This document shows, one piece after another, positions 9,293 to 17,534 of a DNA stretch of 64,000 nucleotides. A program made the translations under genes and the position numbers. The notes below the pieces were generated by a model. The model was not told the origin of the DNA. It did no database searches and saw only the letters and a list, made by a program, of their open reading frames with translations. Within the stretch, counting starts at the first letter, position 1; every line of letters starts with the position of its first letter. This DNA is from Candidatus Latescibacterota bacterium (GTDB lineage: Bacteria > Latescibacterota > UBA2968), in contig OZ242195.1 in the NCBI GenBank assembly GCA_965205975.1, forward strand, positions 3,584,001 through 3,648,000. The letters run 5' to 3'.

Positions 9293-10018
9293 TCAGTTTC
9301 CCTGATCCCCGCTTCTTTCTCTCTCAGGTGATCTCGGCGGAGGACCACCGCGGTCATCCGCAGTGCGATTTCTGCGTCTATTGCGCCGCTTTATCTCTTC
9401 CAACTCTGCATGAATGGCTTTCTGAATTTCAGCGCGAGAGGCACCATCGGCAATTAGTTTGTCGATTTTTTTTTGAAGCTCAGACATCTCGCCTTCTGTC
9501 AACTGAGAACTGGAGTAATCGGGTCTCTGCCCCTCCCAATTAATCCCCATAACAGCCAACTCGTCGCGTATCTCTCTGTAAATCCTGTGATAGGTCGCAC
9601 CATTCGCCTTTAGAGCCTCGGCCTTTTTGCGAAGTGCAGACATCTGATCTTCTGTCAACACCGCACTTAATCGCGTCAAAAATGTTTCTGTTAAATCTAC
9701 GCCAAAACCCTCGAGTTCGGCAAAAATAGCCCTTCTAACCTCAGGGAGTTCTGCCCCTCCTTCGAGTAATTCATTGATCCTCGCCTGCAGAACCATCCGC
9801 TGCGCTTCCGTCAATTGCGCCGAAAGCACCCACAACAGCGCACTTCCCCGAGATCGCTGACTTAGACGATGGCGGAAGGTCACGCGATCATCAATACCAT
9901 CGCCATCCTCATCGACAAAAGCAGGCGGCGACTCCTCTTGCTTTTCTTGAGCCTGAGCAACCGCGTCGCACCATAGCATTGCAGTCATCAAAAGTATGGC
10001 AATTAAACACCGTTTCAT
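9293..10018 (-). CDS. Secreted helical three-repeat protein with LTxxQ-like motifs (Spy/CpxP-like?)
   Basis: Signal peptide, FVDEDGDGIDD loop, three ~45-aa repeats starting QLTEAQ, VLTEDQ and QLTEGE; last gene of the two-component operon. Confidence 0.6.
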   Translation of the reverse strand: MKRCLIAILLMTAMLWCDAVAQAQEKQEESPPAFVDEDGDGIDDRVTFRHRLSQRSRGSALLWVLSAQLTEAQRMVLQARINELLEGGAELPEVRRAIFAELEGFGVDLTETFLTRLSAVLTEDQMSALRKKAEALKANGATYHRIYREIRDELAVMGINWEGQRPDYSSSQLTEGEMSELQKKIDKLIADGASRAEIQKAIHAELEEIKRRNRRRNRTADDRGGPPPRSPERERSGDQGN

Positions 10019-10039
10019 ATCTGGTAATTCCTGTAAATG

Positions 10040-11404
10040 TCAATTAAGGTCGTTTGACCTTTTTTCTCCAAGCGGAAACATCAACGTAAACCTCGCCCCA
10101 CCCTCTGTCCTGTTCTCCACCCACACCTGCCCTTCGTTTTGCATCACAATACGCTTCACAATCGCCAACCCCAGCCCCGTCCCACCAGTATCTGAATTTT
10201 CATCTATCCGATAAAAAGGCTCAAATATTTTCTCTCTCAAATGTTCGGGAATACCACAACCATCGTCTTCCACACTGATATGAGCCATTTCATCCACTTT
10301 TTTTCCCTTAATCCAGATATGGTGCCTGGCATGTCGCACTGCATTGGTAACCAGATTGGTAAGCGCGCGTTTGAAATGCGTCTCATTTGCCCAGACCATC
10401 AGGTATTCACTGTCGATATCCACAGAAACATCTCGGCGCAATTCTGCTACCATATCGCGCAATTCTCGCATTTGTGCATCAACGTCGATTTCTGTGTGAT
10501 GTGAAATATCCTGTTCTAATCGCGCAAAATCCATCAACTCCTCAACCAGATCATTGAGTTCATACACAGAACGTTCAATGCGCTGAATATCCGCGTTTTG
10601 ATCCCCCGATACGCGATCACTTTTCAATTGATTGAGAAGAAAAAAAATACGTGCCAGAGGCGTTCTCAGTTCGTGCGACACCACCCTCAAAAGCTCTCGC
10701 TGTCCATCTACCAACCCCTCAATGCGATCGGCCATACCATTGAAACTGCGCGCCAAATCCGCCACGGCATGGCCCTTCACAACCGGGGACCGACTGCTCA
10801 AATCACCCTTCCCAAATCGCTCCGCAGCATCCGACAATGCGTAAACTCGCCGTTCAAAAGGGTGAATCAAAAAATAAATCGCCCCACCTATACCCAACAA
10901 AATCGCGACCAAAATGCCAAAAAATAAAACATCGATCTGAAAAAAGAAATTGCCGCCATCTCCCTCACCATCTCCTTCTTCAATCAAATTATCCTGCCAT
11001 CGAATCATCTCCTCAAGCAGGTATGGTCCCAACACAATAACATCGCCATTGGGTGCCATCTGGTATGTCTGCAATCTTTCCTCTATGGAAATAGTCACAA
11101 CCTCTCCGGCTTTCAAACGGCCTTTCTCTACCGAAGAAAGCGGCAAAACAAACAACGGCTCCAGCGTAATGGGCATGCGGTGCGTCAGACTGAACATATT
11201 GAGCACCAGCAACTGCGCCACCGGATCCACATCCACAGCCTCAAGCTCCTCGCGAACCATTGCGATAAGCACCTGGGTCTTGTCCTCAAAATCAGCCTGC
11301 CGAACAGAGGCGACCCATTGCTTTGACATTGCCAAAAGTCCAAACGCACTCAAAAGCAAAACAATGGCAATGCCCGCATAAATACGGATAAACTGTTTCC
11401 TCAT
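10040..11404 (-). CDS. Membrane sensor histidine kinase (HAMP-HisKA-HATPase; RstB/CpxA-like)
   Basis: Two TM segments, HAMP, VSHELRTPL H-box, NLVTNA, VEDDGCGIP, IFEPFYR, GTGLGL. Confidence 0.93.
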   Translation of the reverse strand: MRKQFIRIYAGIAIVLLLSAFGLLAMSKQWVASVRQADFEDKTQVLIAMVREELEAVDVDPVAQLLVLNMFSLTHRMPITLEPLFVLPLSSVEKGRLKAGEVVTISIEERLQTYQMAPNGDVIVLGPYLLEEMIRWQDNLIEEGDGEGDGGNFFFQIDVLFFGILVAILLGIGGAIYFLIHPFERRVYALSDAAERFGKGDLSSRSPVVKGHAVADLARSFNGMADRIEGLVDGQRELLRVVSHELRTPLARIFFLLNQLKSDRVSGDQNADIQRIERSVYELNDLVEELMDFARLEQDISHHTEIDVDAQMRELRDMVAELRRDVSVDIDSEYLMVWANETHFKRALTNLVTNAVRHARHHIWIKGKKVDEMAHISVEDDGCGIPEHLREKIFEPFYRIDENSDTGGTGLGLAIVKRIVMQNEGQVWVENRTEGGARFTLMFPLGEKRSNDLN

Positions 11405-11416
11405 CGGTCACTCGCC

Positions 11417-12124
11417 TCACACTTCACCCTGCGCTGGTCCCGACAGAAGATAGCCTACACTGCGCACGGTCTTGATCGAAACAGATGTTGAAATATCTCC
11501 GCTGAATTTTTGGCGAAGGCGCGAAATATACACATCCACGCTGCGATCCAATCCATCGTAATCGTAGTTAAACAACGCCTGATAAATATCTTGCCGACTC
11601 ACCACTTCACCGGCTCGATGGGCCAGATAATAGAGCAAATCAAACTCATAAGTCGTAAGATCAACAACGCGTTCTCCCATCCTGACCTCCCGACAATTTG
11701 CATCCACTATCAGATCCCCCACTCTCACCCGCTTTGACGTCGTAGATCTCTGAGTACTAACAGCCCTGCGCAGCAATGCGCGCACCCTCGCCACAAGCAA
11801 CTGGGGTCGCACGGGTTTGGTCACATAATCATCACCGCCCATCTCCAGGCCCAAAATTTCATCTAATTCTTCATCTCGAGCCGTCAAAAATAAAATTGGC
11901 CCATCGTATTCTGGACGCACTTCCCGACAAACGGTATATCCGTTCATACCCGGCAACATAATATCCAGAATGATCATATCGGGCGGAGAAGCCAAAATGC
12001 GATCTCGAGCGGCTTTACCCTCGGCCTCGTGCCAGACTACAAATCCTTCATTCTCCAAAAAATCTCGCGTCAACTCCGCCAATTCCCTATCGTCTTCCAC
12101 CAGCAAAATTATCTGATCGGCCAT
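11417..12124 (-). CDS. OmpR-family response regulator (RstA-like)
   Basis: LLVEDD, ILDIMLPG, FLTARD, DDYVTKP, winged-helix RSVDVYISRLRQK, IKTVRSVGY. Start MADQII at 12124. Confidence 0.93.
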   Translation of the reverse strand: MADQIILLVEDDRELAELTRDFLENEGFVVWHEAEGKAARDRILASPPDMIILDIMLPGMNGYTVCREVRPEYDGPILFLTARDEELDEILGLEMGGDDYVTKPVRPQLLVARVRALLRRAVSTQRSTTSKRVRVGDLIVDANCREVRMGERVVDLTTYEFDLLYYLAHRAGEVVSRQDIYQALFNYDYDGLDRSVDVYISRLRQKFSGDISTSVSIKTVRSVGYLLSGPAQGEV

Positions 12125-12159
12125 GGGATTTATCCCCGATTTTGGATTTGCCTGCTCAC

Positions 12160-13035
12160 TTACACCAGCCCCTTCACGGTTTCCACAATCTGTGCGCGTT
12201 GTGCATCGCTCGCCGGTCGTCCCGGCGGCCTCGGATCTCCACAATCAACTCCTAACCGCGCACTCAACGCCACCTTGATCACCGAATGAAAGCCACCGCC
12301 TGCGCTCAACGCCTCATAAGCACGCGACGCTTTATCCTGTGCTACTTCTGCCGCCTTCAAATCCTCTGCCCGATACGCTTTCCAAATCGCCACCCACAAT
12401 TCGGGGAACACATTCAGCGGCCCATCCACACACCCACACGCGCCAATAGTCATCGCCGGCAACATCAGCCGATGATTGCCAATAAAACACGACAACCCCA
12501 TCCCCGCAAACGTCCGCACATTTGCAAACGTCTGTGCCGAATGCTTTAACCCCTTCAGTTGCGGCACGCGATCCTGGATTTTTTTCATCATCCCCGGCGT
12601 AATTTCCACGCCTGTTGCCCCCGGCAAATTGTACACAAACAGCGGCAGATCAGCAGCACCTGCCACAACCCGATAATGCTCGGCAATATCATCGTCATCG
12701 CGCCGATAAAAAAACGGCGGCACACAACACAGCGCATCTGCGCCCACACGGGCTGCGTACTCGGCCAACCGCGCTGCGCGATCTGTTGTTGGCGCACCCA
12801 CATGCATAATAACTTTTGCACGCCCATCCGATTGATCCACAATTGCCGATGCAACCTGCATATTTTCATCATCGTCCAACAACACACTCTCGCCAGTGCC
12901 TCCCGCGACCCAAAAACCGTGTACACCAGCTTCGATATTAAACTCTACAATTTTGCGAAACACCGCTTCGTTAAACCGCCCGTCCTGCCCCATAGGCGTC
13001 GCAATAGCAGGAACTACGCCTTCAAAAACACCCAT
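12160..13035 (-). CDS. DapA/NanA-family aldolase/lyase
   Basis: GGTGES, VIMHVG, VPPFFY, VYNLPGATG, Schiff-base lysine in GLKHS. Confidence 0.88.
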   Translation of the reverse strand: MGVFEGVVPAIATPMGQDGRFNEAVFRKIVEFNIEAGVHGFWVAGGTGESVLLDDDENMQVASAIVDQSDGRAKVIMHVGAPTTDRAARLAEYAARVGADALCCVPPFFYRRDDDDIAEHYRVVAGAADLPLFVYNLPGATGVEITPGMMKKIQDRVPQLKGLKHSAQTFANVRTFAGMGLSCFIGNHRLMLPAMTIGACGCVDGPLNVFPELWVAIWKAYRAEDLKAAEVAQDKASRAYEALSAGGGFHSVIKVALSARLGVDCGDPRPPGRPASDAQRAQIVETVKGLV

Positions 13036-13056
13036 TCAAATCTCCCATTCTTTATG

Positions 13057-13185
13057 CGAATCTACGAATCTACGGAACGGGGTACAACTGGCCGCCTCTC
13101 AGGCCAGTTCATCAGCGAACCCCGCTCATCCTCCCCAAATCAGTATGTATTGCCTTTCGTCTATTCGTCTATTCGTCTATTCGTC
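13057..13185. repeat. Composite element with inverted 8-mer tandem arms, copy 1
   Basis: (cgaatcta)n ... cgaaccccgctcatcctccccaaatcagtatgtattgcc ... (ttcgtcta)n; near-identical core at 36868-36968. Confidence 0.85.
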
Positions 13186-13945
13186 CTTGCCCCAGCGTGC
13201 GAATATCCAATCGCGTAACACTCACATGACCTTCGCGCAAAACCACGCCATCTGTACCCGCGCGTTCTTCTACCTCTGGCTGATCGATATTGTGATAATA
13301 ACCGTCTTCCGACGCCACAAAACACGAAGTGTAAAACGTATGCCCGAGCACCGTCTGTATAACGCGCCAGTCATCAGATGGTTCAGCCGGCATATTCACA
13401 TTCCACGTCACGGAATCAGACAGAAAATCTGCCTGACCGTTCAAAAATGCAAATACCTGATCCAACATCGCGCGACATCTTTCGAACAACAATTCCCGCA
13501 CATCGGGTTGCATCGCGCGATCCTCAACCCACTGCCGAAACACCTGCCTGGGCAAAACCTGTGACAATGCCACACCCGGTAATCCCGCGATATTGGCTTC
13601 CAGAGCAGCCCCAATCGTCCCCGAAGAAAGCGTGAAACTCAACCCCGAATTGCTACCCATATTAACACCCGAAATCACCAGGTCGGGCTTGCCGCCATCA
13701 AACAAATGATAAATTCCAAAATTCGCGCAATCTGCTGGCGTCCCCGAAAACGAGTATGTCTCACACCCAAACCCGTCCAACCGCTCCACATGACGCGTGC
13801 CAAACCGCGTCATCGCCTTGCCTTTCCAACTCTGCTCCTCAGCGGGCACCACGGCTTTCACCTCTCCCATCACCTGAAAATAATCCACGGCAAACAAAAA
13901 CAGAGGAGAATCCAAACTGTCGTCATTCGTCAATAAAATTTTCAA
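13169..13945 (-). CDS. surE: 5'/3'-nucleotidase SurE family
   Basis: KILLTNDD, VPAEEQS, SGTPADC, PDLVISGVNMGSN, SGTIGAALE, WNVNMP, GHVSVT. Confidence 0.88.
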   Translation of the reverse strand: MKILLTNDDSLDSPLFLFAVDYFQVMGEVKAVVPAEEQSWKGKAMTRFGTRHVERLDGFGCETYSFSGTPADCANFGIYHLFDGGKPDLVISGVNMGSNSGLSFTLSSGTIGAALEANIAGLPGVALSQVLPRQVFRQWVEDRAMQPDVRELLFERCRAMLDQVFAFLNGQADFLSDSVTWNVNMPAEPSDDWRVIQTVLGHTFYTSCFVASEDGYYHNIDQPEVEERAGTDGVVLREGHVSVTRLDIRTLGQGRIDE

Positions 13946-13948
13946 AAA

Positions 13949-15445
13949 TCACACCCCAATCTCCTCAAAAGGAAACATCGGCTCGCGGCGAAACTCGTAT
14001 TCAAAACCTCGCATATCAGCCGCTGTTGCGCCGGGTGTATCCACCCGAATCAAAGCCGCACACACCGGCTGGTATGCCGCAACAGGCGCGTGTACACCCT
14101 TGGCCACAACCACCTGAAACGCTGCGGGATCCAGATCGCAACTCGTCATCAACCCCAGACTCACGGGCACCGCGCGCTGCGAAGTCAAACTAATTGCAAT
14201 ACCCGTATCCGTCTCCACAATCGCTGTGGGACCCATATCAAAAGCAGTTCGCCCGCCGTGTCGCACCTCAGATTCTCTAAACTCCCCCTCGTGCAAACTG
14301 CGCACCCGCACCTCTGCTCTCAAAGGCGCACCGTGTAAATCATCCGTCTTACCTCCGATATCCAGCACCACGCGATTTCCAACCCCTGCATCTCGCGCTC
14401 GCGCCTGCGATTCCGGATCAAAAATACACACAAAGCCCGTGGTATTTCCCCGCCAGTGCAACTCGTGCAAAATCTCCGTACCATCGCCAGCAGATCCCCC
14501 ACCCACATTATCGCCCATATCGAGCAAACAAACAGGTCCCTCTTGTCCCACCGCCATATCGACAGCATCGGGAACAGTGATATACTCTCCCACAAATTCC
14601 GAGCGATGAGCAAACAAATAATCCGCCAGCCGATTCGCCAGCACCTGTGCCCGATCCATATCACCATCTGTCACCACCACAAATGCCGACCCCATCTCCT
14701 CTACATCGGCATACGGAAAACCCAGCACAATACTATTCGACAAAACACCGGGTTCTCCCAACATCTCATCTGCCAACTCATACATCGGCAAACACGGTGG
14801 CGCAAAAGTCGATTGACGCTCGATATTAATCCCAATACGGGGAAAAGCCCCCGCTTGCACAGGCGCTACCTCCCCTTTCAGCGTTCTCACCATCAGCGAC
14901 GCAGCTTCCAGCCCGCGCTGCTTCTGATCGAGATGGGGATTCGAGCGATAGGCAATCGTCGCATCGCACGCCGCAACCATGCGCGGCGACAAATTGGCGT
15001 GCGGATCAATCGTGCAAATAATCGGCTTCTCAGGCCCAACCGTCTCGCGCAAGCGCGATAACCAGTGCCCATCCATATCGCGGTACTCATCGCCCTCCCC
15101 CGAATTTGCCCCGTGAGGTGCCACCAGGTACCCATCCACATCACCCACAGCCTCCACCTCATCAAACATCAACCGCATCAATTCTTCACACGTCTCTCTC
15201 GTAATGCGGCCAGAAGGCGTTGTCCCCGCATGAAAAATCGGCAGTGCATCTATGCCTGCCGACTCCAAACCTTCCAAAAATCCACTGACCTCGTGATGTC
15301 CACCCGAATAGTGATCATACATCGCACGCCCCGTAAAAATCCCGTCCCGTCGAAACGAATCCATAGTCGTCGGCGTGCTGATAAACGTATTCGACTCGTG
15401 CAACAGCGAAATAATGCCCACGCGCATCGGGAATATCCCTCTCAT
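13949..15445 (-). CDS. MlrC-family (M81) metallopeptidase
   Basis: HESNTF, APHGA, DPHANLS, AYRSNPHLD, GFPYADV, DMGDNVGGG, VVAKGVH. ATGA overlap with the Rieske gene. Confidence 0.9.
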   Translation of the reverse strand: MRGIFPMRVGIISLLHESNTFISTPTTMDSFRRDGIFTGRAMYDHYSGGHHEVSGFLEGLESAGIDALPIFHAGTTPSGRITRETCEELMRLMFDEVEAVGDVDGYLVAPHGANSGEGDEYRDMDGHWLSRLRETVGPEKPIICTIDPHANLSPRMVAACDATIAYRSNPHLDQKQRGLEAASLMVRTLKGEVAPVQAGAFPRIGINIERQSTFAPPCLPMYELADEMLGEPGVLSNSIVLGFPYADVEEMGSAFVVVTDGDMDRAQVLANRLADYLFAHRSEFVGEYITVPDAVDMAVGQEGPVCLLDMGDNVGGGSAGDGTEILHELHWRGNTTGFVCIFDPESQARARDAGVGNRVVLDIGGKTDDLHGAPLRAEVRVRSLHEGEFRESEVRHGGRTAFDMGPTAIVETDTGIAISLTSQRAVPVSLGLMTSCDLDPAAFQVVVAKGVHAPVAAYQPVCAALIRVDTPGATAADMRGFEYEFRREPMFPFEEIGV

Positions 15446-15882
15446 ATTTCCACAACCAAATACGCCTCCTCCACCGTCACCTCATAAGTCTCTGCCACAT
15501 AAGGACCCTTTACCAACCCCGCCATATCTCCCTCGCCCTCTATCTCTGCGCCCTGTGCAACTTCCACCTCATAGCTGCGCACACGCACACTGGAAGGATC
15601 GACCCACGACTGCCCCGTCTTAATATCGTATTCCCACCCGTGCCATGGACACCGCAAAATTTCCCCCTTGCGCGTGTACTCGTATTCTCCCGGCACATTT
15701 GCCGTCACAAAACCCGACACCCGTCCCTTGCACAGCGCGCCCCCCTGATGAGGGCATCGATTCCTCAGGGCATAAAATTCGCCGTGGACATTAAACACCC
15801 CAATCTCCCGCCCCTCAATCGTCACCAATTTCCGCTCGCCCGGCGGGATCTCATCAACTGTTCCAATAATATGTTTCGCCAT
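15442..15882 (-). CDS. Rieske [2Fe-2S] ferredoxin
   Basis: CPHQG...CPWHGWEYD. Confidence 0.92.
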   Translation of the reverse strand: MAKHIIGTVDEIPPGERKLVTIEGREIGVFNVHGEFYALRNRCPHQGGALCKGRVSGFVTANVPGEYEYTRKGEILRCPWHGWEYDIKTGQSWVDPSSVRVRSYEVEVAQGAEIEGEGDMAGLVKGPYVAETYEVTVEEAYLVVEI

Positions 15883-15891
15883 AACCCGTAC

Positions 15892-16983
15892 TCATGCCAA
15901 CTGATACAACGCCCGCGCATTCTCCGCCAGAATATTGCGCCGCACATCCTTATCCATACCCGAGGGCAGCGCCACATCGGGCGCGTCAAAATCCCAGTGG
16001 GGATAATCCGTGGCAAACATCAACTTATCATTCATATCCATATGATCCATCATCTGGAAAAAATACTCGCGTTGTGGGGGTTCTTCCATAGGCTGCGTAC
16101 TGATCCAAAAATGATCGCGAATATACTCCGACGGCAACCGCTTCAAATGCGGCAACTCCACCTTCAACTTCTGATAACAACTATCCAGCCGCCACATCAA
16201 TGCGGGCATCCACGCAAATCCCCCCTCAATCAACACCACTTTCAAATCCGGAAACTCTTCAAACACCCCCTCATACACCAGACTCGTCACCTGCGCCTGA
16301 AATGCCGTGGGCATACCACCGTGATCCTCAATATAATGCGAAGGCTTGCCCGCGCCCGTAATCGGACCCGCGCCTGTACCGCCAAAATGAATCGCAATGG
16401 GAAAACCATTTCTCACTGCCGCCTCATACACCTTCCAGTACTTTCGACTACCCAGAGGCTCCATAGTCCGCACCACCAGAAGCACCTGCACAAATCCCGG
16501 ATCATCGCCCCTGCGATCAATCTCTGCTGCTGCCAACTCCCCATCTTCATAAGGCGCAATAACAGACCCGCGCAACCGGGGTTCGCGCCCGAGCCACGCA
16601 TCGGCTTGCCAATCGTTCACAGCCTGACCCATCGCCGCAGCATAACGCAAATTTTGCTGCCCGCCCACGCCGATCAAAGGCGTCAAAATACCGTAATCCA
16701 TATCCCACTCATCCAGCAATTGCGCGCGCAAAAAATCCAGATCGGATCCCGGTGGTCCCGAAGGCGGCCATGCATCGTGGCGCGCGGCATTTGGCACGGC
16801 GCGGGGATACGCCGACCCGATGCGTCCGCGACCACCAATGGTCCGGTGATAATCGTGCCATTCCTCCGCCAGATATTGAAACCACATATCGCCCGACTTC
16901 ATAGTCACGTGAACATCGCAATCAATCACGGCCGTCTTCTTTCGCGTTTCTATTTTTACCTCATCCATCAGCGTATCAGCCAT
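15892..16983 (-). CDS. Amidohydrolase_2-family metalloenzyme (possible dinuclear oxygenase)
   Basis: IDCDVH, AIHFGG, HYIEDH, LIEGGFAW, STQPMEEP, FATDYPHWD. Confidence 0.85.
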   Translation of the reverse strand: MADTLMDEVKIETRKKTAVIDCDVHVTMKSGDMWFQYLAEEWHDYHRTIGGRGRIGSAYPRAVPNAARHDAWPPSGPPGSDLDFLRAQLLDEWDMDYGILTPLIGVGGQQNLRYAAAMGQAVNDWQADAWLGREPRLRGSVIAPYEDGELAAAEIDRRGDDPGFVQVLLVVRTMEPLGSRKYWKVYEAAVRNGFPIAIHFGGTGAGPITGAGKPSHYIEDHGGMPTAFQAQVTSLVYEGVFEEFPDLKVVLIEGGFAWMPALMWRLDSCYQKLKVELPHLKRLPSEYIRDHFWISTQPMEEPPQREYFFQMMDHMDMNDKLMFATDYPHWDFDAPDVALPSGMDKDVRRNILAENARALYQLA

Positions 16984-17273
16984 CTCAGCCTCCTTGAAAT
17001 TTCAACACGCCGTTCAACCACATTATTAGGAAGTATAACTCAACATATCGGGGAATGCAAACCCGATATGCGCTGTATCTGCATCGTTCAAAAGATAGGT
17101 CTTTATCTCTTCAATATCAAATGCCCAATCCTTGACAGTAAGGAGATTTTTGAATAGACTCTGTTGATGATTATAAAGGCTACGGACGAATGAGATTATT
17201 TGTTATGAAGGATGTGGATAATTCTTATGTTGTGGTGAAACGACCTACAAAGCTTTTTTTAAAATTTTTCTTT

Positions 17274-17345
17274 TCATGCCTTCGGCGACTTACTTTTTTT
17301 CAGCAGCAAAAAAAAGTAAGCAAAAAATGCCGCTCTCAAACGCCG
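17274..17345. repeat. Palindromic intergenic element (TTACTTT...AAAGTAAG type)
   Basis: cttactttttt-tcagcagcaa-aaaaaagtaag inverted repeat with flanking tgcc(ttc)ggcg/tgccgc; sits at the left boundary of the defence island. Confidence 0.55.
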
Positions 17346-17534
17346 AGGGGCTGGCACAGCGCAAATCGTTTTTGTGGTAATACGCTATACAGTGACCTGC
17401 ACAGTTGGGATACCATAAAGATGTCCGCTGCGAGACGGACTTACGCGCTGTGCGTGATGGTTTTGGCTGATGGCCCATTTTGTTGGGTGATTTTTGATTT
17501 ATGTCCTTCTCATTTATAAACCCTGGATCGCAAC

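Noticed and set aside
15640..17157. 505-aa plus-strand ORF and similar long antisense ORFs (e.g. 52484-53551, 49295-50218, 3140-3958)
   Set aside because: They overlap well-supported minus-strand genes, have His/Pro/Arg/Gln-biased composition and no motifs; explained by strand compositional bias.
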